Source: Alphaproteobacteria bacterium
Lineage (GTDB): Bacteria; Pseudomonadota; Alphaproteobacteria; Bin95
Length of the DNA stretch: 46,267 nt
Reading direction: 5' to 3'
NCBI GenBank assembly: GCA_022824105.1
Contig: JAJEAZ010000113.1
Coordinates: 1 to 46,267 of the forward strand
The notes beneath the pieces were generated by a model. It was given only the letters and a program-made list of their open reading frames with translations. It was not told where the DNA came from and did no database searches. Of the stretch, positions 7,608 through 16,800 are shown piece by piece (position 1 is the first letter of the stretch; every line of letters begins with the position of its first letter). The position numbers and the translations under genes are program-made.

Positions 7608-8393
7608 ATGAATAATGAAGAACAGCAAGAAGACCAAGAGACTCCAAAGTGCCCTGGACTGTTCTGGAGCGGAGAAACCCTAACTGAGCGACTTGAGACA
7701 CTGATTGACCCGTTCTCGCCCGAGCGTATCGATTGCGCTGCATACACTCTGTCGATCGGTTCAGAAGTCTATGTTTCGCCCGACGATCAGACCAAAGATT
7801 CGAATAAAGTCGCCATCCGGAAGTTCAACGATGGAGATGGGTTCACGATCCCTCCCGGCCAATTCGCGTTCCTGCACACCAAGGAGGTTGTCTCCGTCCC
7901 CTCTGATGCACTGGCTTTCATATCCATTCGAGCCAAGACCAAGTTCCACGGTTTGGTTAATGTTTCCGGATTTCATGTCGATCCTGGCTATCACGGCCAA
8001 CTGACTTTCTCGGTTTTCAATGCCGGCCCCGTGCCGGTCCAGCTCAAGTGCGGACAACCGATATTCTTGATCTGGTACGCGGGCCTCGACCGCGAAACCG
8101 CCTTCAAGAAGAACGGAACGATCAACAAAGGTATTAACCCCGGATTACTGACCCCTATCTCTGGCGAACTCCAATCATTTGCCGGCCTCTCCAAAAGGAT
8201 CTCTAAAGTTGACAAGGCACTGACCGATCGCGTCCACATCATTGAAAAGGAGCAGGCCTACTACCGTTTCTTCGCCGCCATCGGACTGGCATTGTTTATT
8301 GTTCTGGCAACCACTTGGTTTAGTGATTTCTTATCCTCCCGCTCCGCGCTACCCAAGCAACCGACGTCGGTGTCGCAAGGAACGATGCCATAG
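7608..8393 (+). CDS. dCTP deaminase/dUTPase-fold protein with C-terminal coiled segment and transmembrane helix
   Basis: IDCAAYTLSIG...FTIPPGQFAFLHTKEVVSVP...GFHVDPGYHGQLTFSVFNAG...LKCGQPIF; C-terminal hydrophobic FFAAIGLALFIVLATTWF. Confidence 0.82.
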   Translation: MNNEEQQEDQETPKCPGLFWSGETLTERLETLIDPFSPERIDCAAYTLSIGSEVYVSPDDQTKDSNKVAIRKFNDGDGFTIPPGQFAFLHTKEVVSVPSDALAFISIRAKTKFHGLVNVSGFHVDPGYHGQLTFSVFNAGPVPVQLKCGQPIFLIWYAGLDRETAFKKNGTINKGINPGLLTPISGELQSFAGLSKRISKVDKALTDRVHIIEKEQAYYRFFAAIGLALFIVLATTWFSDFLSSRSALPKQPTSVSQGTMP

Positions 8394-8571
8394 GTCCCCG
8401 TACACTTCCAGCATACATGCAGACTGGTCCGCGTCACTGACGAATACGATAACGCGAACGACGGTGCCGGCACTGAGACCTAATGGGTAATGCACGAACT
8501 GCCCCGGGATCTTCTACACTACCGCCTTCTGTATAGACCTCTCCTCCCGTTCCGAGCACAATCGGACGGCC

Positions 8572-8904
8572 TCAGCCAACAAGGTGCCAGCCGTCGTTTG
8601 ACGGACACCAAGTGAAATCTCGTCCTTTTGCAGTCACTTTCGTCAATTCCGACTCTACCTGACTGAGGATCGAACCCTTAAGCAAGGCTTCGGCGTCTTC
8701 TGCCGACTTGGCAATCCCTTTGGGAATTATAGCCTGAAACCCCATCTGCCCCCATTCTTGATGCTTGGCCGCAAAAATCCCTATCCAGTAGTTGTATCCC
8801 ACCGGCGTTTCATACAGCGTCCATTCAATAGTGAATGTCTCGCCATCACTCCGCCTATACGGCCCGTGGATCATTGAGCGTTGCGGCATTCTTGCCAAGA
8901 TCAT
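8572..8904 (-). CDS. Hypothetical protein (~110 aa)
   Basis: Natural globular composition; GGGGAG RBS before the ATG at 8904; co-oriented downstream of the nuclease gene. No family recognised. Confidence 0.55.
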   Translation of the reverse strand: MILARMPQRSMIHGPYRRSDGETFTIEWTLYETPVGYNYWIGIFAAKHQEWGQMGFQAIIPKGIAKSAEDAEALLKGSILSQVESELTKVTAKGRDFTWCPSNDGWHLVG

Positions 8905-9013
8905 TCCGTCATCTCCCGGGCATGTACCCACGGGTGCTGCATGAACCTTGTATCATACGCTTCTTTCAATTACCACGAATCGCCTCTCCTCAAAGACCCC
9001 TATTCTTGAGAGA

Positions 9014-9679
9014 TCAAGCGCAGCCGACTGGAAACAGTAGAAAGCTGTGAAGTAAACGAATATGGCAATTGTCCACTATTCTACGGTGATCGCTGTAAGC
9101 GACGCAACCGAAATCGGTATAGTTTGAACTCTCTTGCAATCTATCGATCGACCGTCCGACGTTGTTGAGGTACGCATTGATATCCGCTACCCCTAATTCC
9201 GCGTCCCCTTCAAGAAGGTAGGCAACCATGAAATCCAATTCATGTCCAGGGCCGTACAACCCTCTAATAAACCTATCCATTCCAGATCGGACGTATTCCC
9301 CCCGCAACTGTTTGGGGTCTTCCAGAGGATTCACTCGTTTGCATTCGATAATAGCATGGGGCTCATTGGCCCCGAACTCCGCAAAAAGAAATATTACATC
9401 CGGTTCCCCAACCGGCAGTGCAGGTGCGCCGGTCGTACGAACCCCTGGTTTCTCTATGATGAAAATATTAGTGAGACCCAGAGAGGCGCGGACACGCACC
9501 ATACCTTGGAAAAGCCGTCCGTTCATATACGGCTCGTCCCGACTCGAATTCAGAGCTGGGTCATCTAGCAGTGCCGATTGCCATCCCTCGAACTGAAGGC
9601 GGAGAATCACTTGAATCAAGTCTGAGCGGGATAGCAAGCGCGGTGGGCCCAGACTCTCCCGGCCTTCAAACGGGATCAT
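9014..9679 (-). CDS. Putative PD-(D/E)xK endonuclease
   Basis: E...GEPDVIF...IIECKRV motif and YVRSGMDRFIRGLY; ATGA-coupled to the methyltransferase. Confidence 0.7.
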   Translation of the reverse strand: MIPFEGRESLGPPRLLSRSDLIQVILRLQFEGWQSALLDDPALNSSRDEPYMNGRLFQGMVRVRASLGLTNIFIIEKPGVRTTGAPALPVGEPDVIFLFAEFGANEPHAIIECKRVNPLEDPKQLRGEYVRSGMDRFIRGLYGPGHELDFMVAYLLEGDAELGVADINAYLNNVGRSIDRLQESSNYTDFGCVAYSDHRRIVDNCHIRLLHSFLLFPVGCA

Positions 9680-12582
9680 TCGAACGCCGCCTCCAGACCA
9701 TCACCCAAGGCACTGTCTGCATCGTTCAGCCCTGCTGCTTGCGTCCAAAAACGTCGCGCTGCAGGCTTGATGATGAGCAGTTCGTTTTCTGCATGAACTC
9801 GCAGTTCTCTGACAGCAGCAAGATGCTCGGCGATCGGAGATCGGATCCGGGAACCGATTTGCAGGAGGACATCGTTCAATTCAGCATTAAACGCTGCAAG
9901 CGTGACATCGCCTGCTCCGCCGTCAAAAAATCGAATAACCCGAAGAGGTGAGGTTGAACGCAAAACCAACACTTCCGCACTGTATGGCTTCCGACCAAGA
10001 GCCTTTCGCCACGCGTTTATAACGCCAAGAAAGGCACTCGCGTACAACTGCAAATGTCTTTCCGTAGTTGGGATGTCAGACTCGTATCGGGACTGTACGT
10101 ACTCTCGTTGAGCTCTTGCCATTCCGTCCAACACAACCAAACGCTCCTGGGGCTCCAATTCGAATGCATCGAAAACTGCTGAATCAAGTTGCTCCAGGTC
10201 TTCCTCGCTATGCCAGTCGTTTTGCGTTAAAGATTCCATCGCATGCGAGATTGGTGCGGATCCGTCCGACAATAGTATGTCCACCGATGGCATCGGTAGA
10301 CTTGCTATATCGTGTCGTAACGCTTTCCGCTTGTGAATTCCAAACTCCGAACCAGTAAGCAATAGATGCCACGTTGCTAGCGCGGACAGCAAAATTCCCC
10401 CGAGTCGAAGATAGGGGTCCTCCTTTCGGCTGCCGAACGATATTCCATAGAAGGACCGTGTATAGACGACATCTTGGTCACTTACACCAACCGCGAGCCT
10501 AGCACCACTCACGCCCTCGCCCACCAGAACGATAGGACCGACAAAAGCTTCCTTCGCTCTAGGTCGATGAATCTCGGTCCTATCAAAGCGGGGCAGTGCG
10601 TCCGTGTCGATCCGAGGTCCGAGACGACCGGCCGACAGAAAAGGCAGCCCAATGAGATGGGACGCATCTTTACGATCACCCCTCAGAGTTTGCACTCCTG
10701 TAAGCAGACTGAGATTCCAATCCTTCAGACAGGAACCTAGAGTACTTGTTGAACTTTCAAGGCGACGCAGTAGAAGCCGATCCCGAGGCGTTCCCAGGGC
10801 CGTCGCCTTCAGAAGTTGCGGCTCTGTCGACAGATCTGCCAGTCGCGCGATTCTGACATCACTTGCAGCAATCTCAAAGGATCCGGTTCGAGAAAATGTC
10901 GATGACCACGGGATAGTGACTATGGGGAGACGGTCGTCCTCGTTCAAATTATGGAGTCGGGCAAAAAGCACAACTGCCGGGTAATCAGCGGTTGGGAAAA
11001 GTTCATCACGCAGTGCCGAAAGATTGACGAGCGCTATCGGTTTGAGAGCATCAAGTAGAGCTACACGCGCTTTGATGCTACTTTCCGCGCGGGAAAAGAA
11101 CGGTGTTGCTCGCATTACAATGCCAAAACGGGTATTCTGATGCGAAAAGTCGATTGACCTCCATACAAAAGCAAAATCTTGACTGCGAGGCGGTAAAGTC
11201 GGTGCTATGCGATTACTCGGCCAGTTAGTCTTGCGGGTCTTTTTTCCATATGTCCATGGCGGATTGCCAACTATGGCATCAAAACGTCTGCCGTATAATT
11301 GACGCCCAGCGCCTTGAAGATCAAAATCAAAAGCGCTGCCGATGAATAGATTCCGCCCGATTAGCGGTTCAAATCGCAGTGCTTCAGGTGGAGTAGGGTC
11401 CGGATCCAACTCAAGCACCGCCAAGTATAAGCTGAAAGAGGCCACTCGAATAGCAGCTTCATTCTTATCGACGCCGAAGATTTGCTCGGTAAGTGTATCT
11501 CTGATTAGCTCACGCGTTGGAGGCGCACCCTGAGCTCGCATCGAAACAAGGCGACGCAGGGCCTCCACAAGAAACACACCGGAACCACAGGTGATGTCCA
11601 GCACCCTAGCGCCTGCATGAAGATCGCGCATGACCTCATCGAGGACAAGGTTAACGAGTGAGAACGGCGTATAGTGTAGACCTTCCTCATCCGTTTCTTC
11701 ATCTTCAGACGCCTGCGCGAACTGCTCATATATGGAACTGATAAGTTCGATCGGAATAATGTCGAATCTATATTCCCACAAAGAACGTTGCCCGGACTCC
11801 GGATCGACGCCGGCGAGCGTCTCATTAACTAGTCTTAAGTGTTCATCGGATACGATATTGCGTTCTTCAGAAGTAACGGGGAACAAATCCCCGTTAAATG
11901 TGGATCTTACCCAGTCGAACAATCGATAGGCGTTATTGTGCTCACGAAGCGCCATGCGCAAGTCAGCAAGGTCTAGTTCTTCCAGTATCTCGGGGCCGAC
12001 AATTTCCCGATCAGCAAGATAACGCACGAAAATGCTGCGGCCCAAGAGTCCCTGGGCGATGTCGCGTGGTAGCCCGGCGGAGAAAAGCTGATCCTCCACC
12101 TTCTGAAGGTCACGCAGGAGCTGGGAGTCGACGCGGCCACCTTTCTTGAGCCTTTCTTCATTTGACCAGAATCTGCCGCTCGTCATTGCCAGACGTCCGG
12201 CATAGTCGTCCAACTGAGTTAGCTCATCGTCGACCAATTGCACTCGCCGCAGAAGGTGTGCCTCTGCATCATCTTCACTCGTTGGACGCGCATAGGCGTT
12301 ATAGAGGTAGATCCGTTGCGGAGAAACAACCCAAAGCAAGGGTGTCAGGCCCAAGTTCCAAACATCTCGGTGCCAAGATGCTACTTGGCTTTGAGCGGGA
12401 TCACCTGGAACACATTTGAAAACAACTTGCAACTGAGACCGATCACGCCATATGGCGTCAGGACGGAGATCGATCCGGTCATGAAGCTCAGTGGAGCCCA
12501 GCGTCAGACCGGGAGCTGGCTCGTCGCCGAGCATAAATCCGGTCGCCCCAAGGACTCGCAAGAGTTCCGACGGAGGTGTCAT
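9676..12582 (-). CDS. Large N6-adenine DNA methyltransferase (HsdM/Type IIG-like) with putative C-terminal target-recognition region
   Basis: FNGDLF, IPIELISSIYE, HYTP, motif I VLDITCGSGVFL, IFGVDKN, motif IV IVGNPPW; 968 aa. Confidence 0.9.
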   Translation of the reverse strand: MTPPSELLRVLGATGFMLGDEPAPGLTLGSTELHDRIDLRPDAIWRDRSQLQVVFKCVPGDPAQSQVASWHRDVWNLGLTPLLWVVSPQRIYLYNAYARPTSEDDAEAHLLRRVQLVDDELTQLDDYAGRLAMTSGRFWSNEERLKKGGRVDSQLLRDLQKVEDQLFSAGLPRDIAQGLLGRSIFVRYLADREIVGPEILEELDLADLRMALREHNNAYRLFDWVRSTFNGDLFPVTSEERNIVSDEHLRLVNETLAGVDPESGQRSLWEYRFDIIPIELISSIYEQFAQASEDEETDEEGLHYTPFSLVNLVLDEVMRDLHAGARVLDITCGSGVFLVEALRRLVSMRAQGAPPTRELIRDTLTEQIFGVDKNEAAIRVASFSLYLAVLELDPDPTPPEALRFEPLIGRNLFIGSAFDFDLQGAGRQLYGRRFDAIVGNPPWTYGKKTRKTNWPSNRIAPTLPPRSQDFAFVWRSIDFSHQNTRFGIVMRATPFFSRAESSIKARVALLDALKPIALVNLSALRDELFPTADYPAVVLFARLHNLNEDDRLPIVTIPWSSTFSRTGSFEIAASDVRIARLADLSTEPQLLKATALGTPRDRLLLRRLESSTSTLGSCLKDWNLSLLTGVQTLRGDRKDASHLIGLPFLSAGRLGPRIDTDALPRFDRTEIHRPRAKEAFVGPIVLVGEGVSGARLAVGVSDQDVVYTRSFYGISFGSRKEDPYLRLGGILLSALATWHLLLTGSEFGIHKRKALRHDIASLPMPSVDILLSDGSAPISHAMESLTQNDWHSEEDLEQLDSAVFDAFELEPQERLVVLDGMARAQREYVQSRYESDIPTTERHLQLYASAFLGVINAWRKALGRKPYSAEVLVLRSTSPLRVIRFFDGGAGDVTLAAFNAELNDVLLQIGSRIRSPIAEHLAAVRELRVHAENELLIIKPAARRFWTQAAGLNDADSALGDGLEAAFE

Positions 12583-13034
12583 GGTTTCCCCCCGTACTGC
12601 AGAGTTGGCGGAAATCTCAACTCCGATTGGTCGTGCTCACCGCCAAGAAGTCCTAGGCCTAGTTTATCGATGATCGGGGCCAATGGGATGAGTATGACCG
12701 CCCCGCCCTCCAAAACCGGTGCCGACTTGACTGACTTTAGCTCAACGCTCGACCCCACAATTTCCAGATAGCAGGCACGCAGAGCGGGCCAGGACCTGCT
12801 ATTGCAGAATCCGAATATCTCCTCGGCCACCGGCGCAAGTGCCGACACTCTCATCGCGTAGCCTTGAACAACTTGGCGTATCGCCGCCAATGCGACCAGG
12901 TCGCCGTGAGATAGAGGTGTTCGTCGTGGCCGCTTCGCGAGCGGAGACAGGATACGCCGCCAGTGACGTACAGTCTCCTCCGGGAGGTCTAGAATCTCCC
13001 GAGCCTGAACCTGGGTGAACCGGACCGCTGCCAT
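12579..13034 (-). CDS. MerR/excisionase-like HTH DNA-binding protein
   Basis: FTQVQAREILDLPEETVRHWRR...LSHGDLVALAAIRQV winged-helix pattern; ATGA-coupled to the MTase; alternative TTG start at 13043. Confidence 0.6.
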   Translation of the reverse strand: MAAVRFTQVQAREILDLPEETVRHWRRILSPLAKRPRRTPLSHGDLVALAAIRQVVQGYAMRVSALAPVAEEIFGFCNSRSWPALRACYLEIVGSSVELKSVKSAPVLEGGAVILIPLAPIIDKLGLGLLGGEHDQSELRFPPTLQYGGKP

Positions 13035-13055
13035 ACCGTCCAAATAGCCGAATCT

Positions 13056-13073
13056 TCCGTTGTTGACAACGGA
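13056..13073. promoter_or_regulatory. Perfect 8-2-8 inverted repeat, candidate operator of the HTH-MTase-nuclease operon
   Basis: TCCGTTGT-TG-ACAACGGA immediately upstream of the MerR-like gene. Confidence 0.55.
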
Positions 13074-13337
13074 TTAAGTTGCACTGTCACCCGTTTCAAT
13101 TGGGATGTAGCACGTTGACGGCCGTCATATTCCATCAAATCGCAAGTGAGAGAGGGCTGAATGCACGAACGGACAGCGGTAGCACGGCCCGGTTCTTGAG
13201 CCCGTCAGGCAGCCAATTTTCGAACCGAGCTCAGCAGGTTCGCTTTATCCGCATCACCTATCTGCTTGTTTCGTTGGTTCGGCGGTAGCAGAGACCGCGG
13301 CCCTGCATAAACCCCTTATCCCTGCTTGATTTCTCGC

Positions 13338-13357
13338 AGCACGGCGTCCCCGCTCCA
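13338..13357 (+). repeat. Imperfect direct repeat, copy 1 (candidate att site)
   Basis: AGCACGGC-GTCCCCGCTCCA matches 18174-18194 at 18/21 positions; coincides with the shift to much higher GC. Confidence 0.35.
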
Positions 13358-13817
13358 GCACGCGGTGTCTTCGTACCGCAAGCGGCCGAATGCAACATGC
13401 GGCCCCTCCTGTCCCCGCTTGGCCTCGATCGGCCGTCATGCTCATCGCGACCCGCCCGCGTTCACGGCATTCACCGCGTCCCCGGCCGCCGACCCTCCGA
13501 CTCCGGCCCGGTCGGCCACAAGGCCCGCAGGCTCCGACTCGTTCACCCCTTCTCTCCCTGCGTTGCCCCGTAGCCGAAACGCCCGGTTCGCCCGACGCAC
13601 CATAGCTGAGGCGGGCACCCACGGTTAGCACGAAACCTCCGCCGTTTCGATCCCGGCAGCGGCAATCCCGCCCCCGGCCTGCCCGAGCGCCGTCCCCGGT
13701 GTTTCGCACGACATGGACCCGCGGTGCGGCGTCGAGCGGTCGAGGCCGGCGTCTTCCGGGCGATTTCGTCGGGGGCCGCGTGACGGCCTCCGCGCCGCCG
13801 CCGGGGAGACCGCCGCC

Positions 13818-14789
13818 ATGACCGCAGATATTGCCGACGTTCCCGCCGCCCGCACGGGCAGCGCCGGAAGAACGTCCGGGCCGACGCACCGCATGACAGG
13901 CACGGGCCGCCCGCCGCCGGGCCGGCGCAATTCCTATCTGGTGCCGCGTCCCGCCGTGGTCAGCTTCTCGGGCGGGCGCACCAGCGGCTACTTGCTGAAG
14001 CACATCGTCGACGCCCATGGCGGCAGGCTGCCGGACGACATCGCGGTCGTGTTCGCCAATACCGGGATGGAGCGGCCCGAGACGCTCGACTTCGTCGACA
14101 CCTGCGCCACCGCCTGGGGCGTCCCGATCGTCTGGGTCGAATACGACTGGGACGCGCCGCACCGCACGCGCCTGGTCGACCACCGCACCGCGTCGCGCGA
14201 CGGCGAGCCCTTCGCCGCACTCATCGCGCGCAAGGGCTTCGTGCCGAATCCGACGATCCGGTTTTGTACCGGGTTCCTGAAGAGGGACCGCATCGAATCC
14301 TATGCCCGCTACCGGCTGGGCCTGAAGCGCTGGCACTCGGTGGTGGGGCTGCGCGCCGACGAGCCGCGCCGGGTCTGGCGCATGCGGGCGATGAACTGCG
14401 GCGCGCGCACCGGCGGCCATGCGGCGCTGCCGCTCGCCGACGCGCGGGTGACCGAGCGCGACGTGCTGGCCTGGTGGCAGGAGCAGCCCTTCGACCTCGG
14501 CCTGCCCGGCTATGCCGGAAACTGCAGCCTCTGTTTCCTCAAGGGCCGGGGGAAGCTCCTGCATCTCATCCGCGAGGACCCGTCGCTCGCCGACTGGTGG
14601 ATCGCACAGGAGGCGAAGGTCGCGAACCGCACCGGCCCGGACGGGCGGGCCTGCGAGAGCATGAAGCGGTTCCGCATCGGCGAGACCTATGCCGAGCTCA
14701 GGGCCGCCGCGCTCGCCCGGCGCGACCTCTTCGACACCGCCGCAGAGGACGAAGACAGCGGACCGCCCGACTGCTTCTGCACCGACTGA
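13818..14789 (+). CDS. Phage-type PAPS reductase / PP-loop family protein
   Basis: VVSFSGGRTSGYLL (PP-loop), VFANTGMERPETLDFV, RFCTGFLK, VGLRADE, GNCSLCFLKG, C-terminal DCFCTD; RBS GGGGAG before the ATG at 13818. Confidence 0.85.
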   Translation: MTADIADVPAARTGSAGRTSGPTHRMTGTGRPPPGRRNSYLVPRPAVVSFSGGRTSGYLLKHIVDAHGGRLPDDIAVVFANTGMERPETLDFVDTCATAWGVPIVWVEYDWDAPHRTRLVDHRTASRDGEPFAALIARKGFVPNPTIRFCTGFLKRDRIESYARYRLGLKRWHSVVGLRADEPRRVWRMRAMNCGARTGGHAALPLADARVTERDVLAWWQEQPFDLGLPGYAGNCSLCFLKGRGKLLHLIREDPSLADWWIAQEAKVANRTGPDGRACESMKRFRIGETYAELRAAALARRDLFDTAAEDEDSGPPDCFCTD

Positions 14790-14847
14790 CCGCCGCCGCC
14801 GATTGTCCCCGTTCCAATCCCGACCGCACCTTCCGAGGAGAACGACC

Positions 14848-15510
14848 GTGCAGACCGTCCATCCTTCCCCCGAGGCCGTCCGCCTCGCCATGGCGCGCAT
14901 CCGGCGCGCCGTCGACGCCCAGGGCGGCGACCGCGTGGTCCCCATGGACTGGGGCATCGTGCGCCGCGACGGCTGCCGCACCATCGCCTGTCATGGCAGC
15001 TGGTATGCGCTCGGGCGCCTGATGGACCATCCGGCGGTCGAGTGGCGGCATGACGAGACGTTCCCGCGGGAGGACCCCGGCGAGACCCTGATGGCGGCAG
15101 GGCCGGACGGCGAGGCCGAGCCGGTGATGTATTATGAGGGCGCGCGCCTTCTGGCGCGCGACCTGGGCTTCGTGAACGCTCCCGCGCTGGAGGGCTGGGC
15201 GCAGCGCCATCCGGAGCTCTGGGGCTGCCGCCATGGCGATCGGATGTTCGCCGGCGACGGGGCCGTGGCGTTCGGCAAGCCGCCCTTCGCCCAGATCCGC
15301 GTGAGCGAGATCGTCGACTGGTGGCTCGCGGTGGCGGACCGGCTGGACGCGGCGATCCCGGTCCATCGCGACCGCGCGGACGCGCTCGCGGACCTCGCGC
15401 GCCGCGATCCCGCGGCGCTCCCGGGCATCCAGATCGAGGCCTGCGCGGGCGGCTGGCGCCTGGTGCTGCGACCCTATCCCGAGTGTCTGCTGCCGATGCC
15501 GGACGGGTGA
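14848..15510 (+). CDS. Hypothetical protein
   Basis: GTG start after RBS GAGGAG; host-like codon pattern; contains CRTIACHGSW; no family recognised. Confidence 0.6.
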   Translation: MQTVHPSPEAVRLAMARIRRAVDAQGGDRVVPMDWGIVRRDGCRTIACHGSWYALGRLMDHPAVEWRHDETFPREDPGETLMAAGPDGEAEPVMYYEGARLLARDLGFVNAPALEGWAQRHPELWGCRHGDRMFAGDGAVAFGKPPFAQIRVSEIVDWWLAVADRLDAAIPVHRDRADALADLARRDPAALPGIQIEACAGGWRLVLRPYPECLLPMPDG

Positions 15511-15836
15511 CGTTCCGCCCCGCGCCGTCCGGCGCCCGCTTCGCTCCCCGATTCCGCCACCCTCCGCCGCCTGCGCACGGGCGCCGGCGACGGCTCGGGA
15601 ACCACCTCGACAGGCAGGAAGGAGGGCGCGCCCTCGCCATCCCCTGCCGGCCGGTAGCGCGAATCGCGACGCCACTTGAAGATCAGGTTGGCGTTGACGT
15701 CGTAGCGGCGTCCCACCTGGGACACCGAAACCCCCGGCACCCAGGTCTGCGCCACGATCCGGCGCTTCTCGTCCTCCGACCAGAACCGGCGTACACGACG
15801 CGCCACAACAAAGCCTCCTCCGATGGTGTCCACTAC
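15474..15836 (-). mobile_element. IS66 tnpA (accessory HTH) remnant without tnpB/tnpC
   Basis: GTGGACACC leader and GGAGGAGG RBS, GTG at 15806: ARRVRRFWSEDEKRRIVAQTWVPGVSVSQVGRRYDVNANLIFKWRR...SFLPVEV; the C-terminus degenerates. Confidence 0.75.
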
Positions 15837-16784
15837 CGCCCAATGGGCCTGAAGGTTCGACATGGCCTTCGCACCCCGCGCGCCCGCGATGACATGGGGG
15901 TTGCCGTCCACCCGCGGGATGCGCTCCAGCAGTTCGACAGCGGCCGGCGACAGCTGCACCGTCCGGGGACCCGTCTTGGTGTCGGGGAGCCGCATCTCGC
16001 TCGCCTCCAGGTCGACATGGTCCCAGTGCAGGTAGACGATCTCGTTCTTGCGGCAACCGGTCAGAAGCAGCAGCCGCACCGCCATCGCGGCATACTTCCG
16101 GGCGCCGCCCTTCTCCTCGGCCTCGTCGAGCGCCCATCCGAGACGCTGGAACTCCCCGTCGGTCAGGAAGCGCTCGTGGCGGCGCGGCCGGTTCATCGCG
16201 ATCTGCCGGCAGGGGTTGCTGCCCTCCGGGATGGTCTCGCGCTCCTCGGCGGCACGGTAGATCCGGAACAGCACCTCGACCGCTTGGTTGGCCGCCGCCG
16301 GCGTCTCGCGCAGCGCATGATGGAACGCCGACACCGCCGCATGATCGATCGACAGCGCCGGCTTCCGCCCGAACGCCGGCAGGATGTGGTTGTCGATCGA
16401 GCTGCGGTAGGTCTTTGCCGACGTCGGCTTCAGGCGCACCTCGACCACCTCCCTGAGATAGGTCTCCACCAGATCGCCCACCGTCGGCCCCTTCGCCAGC
16501 GTCACCGCCTCCGGGAGGGGCGCCTCGCCGGCCTTGATCCGGGAGATGATCTGCGCCGCCCGGCGGCGCGCCTCCTCCGGCGTGATGACCCCGACGCGCC
16601 CGACCGTCACGCGCTTGGGGTGCGGGCCGCCCGCGCGGGTCTGCACCACATAGTTCTTGCGTCCGCTCGCATGGACGCGCACTCCGAAGCCCTGGAGCTC
16701 GCTGTCCCAGAACACCGTGTCGCTATCGGCCTTCAGCCGCCCGACCGTGCTGCGCGAGATCGTCGTCCGCCCGAGCTTCGCCAT
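15837..16784 (-). pseudogene. Tyrosine integrase (arm-binding N-terminus), truncated before the HxxR/Tyr motifs
   Basis: FWDSELQGFGVRV...LLLLTGCRKNEI...TKTGPR; the sequence switches to IS66 after LQAHW, and the catalytic C-terminus is absent. Confidence 0.85.
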
Positions 16785-16800
16785 CGCCTGTATCCCTGTC

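Noticed and set aside
13818-14789. Calling this cysH or dndC of a phosphorothioate system
   Set aside because: No cys, dndBDE or ssp genes are adjacent, and the motif set fits the phage-type subfamily.
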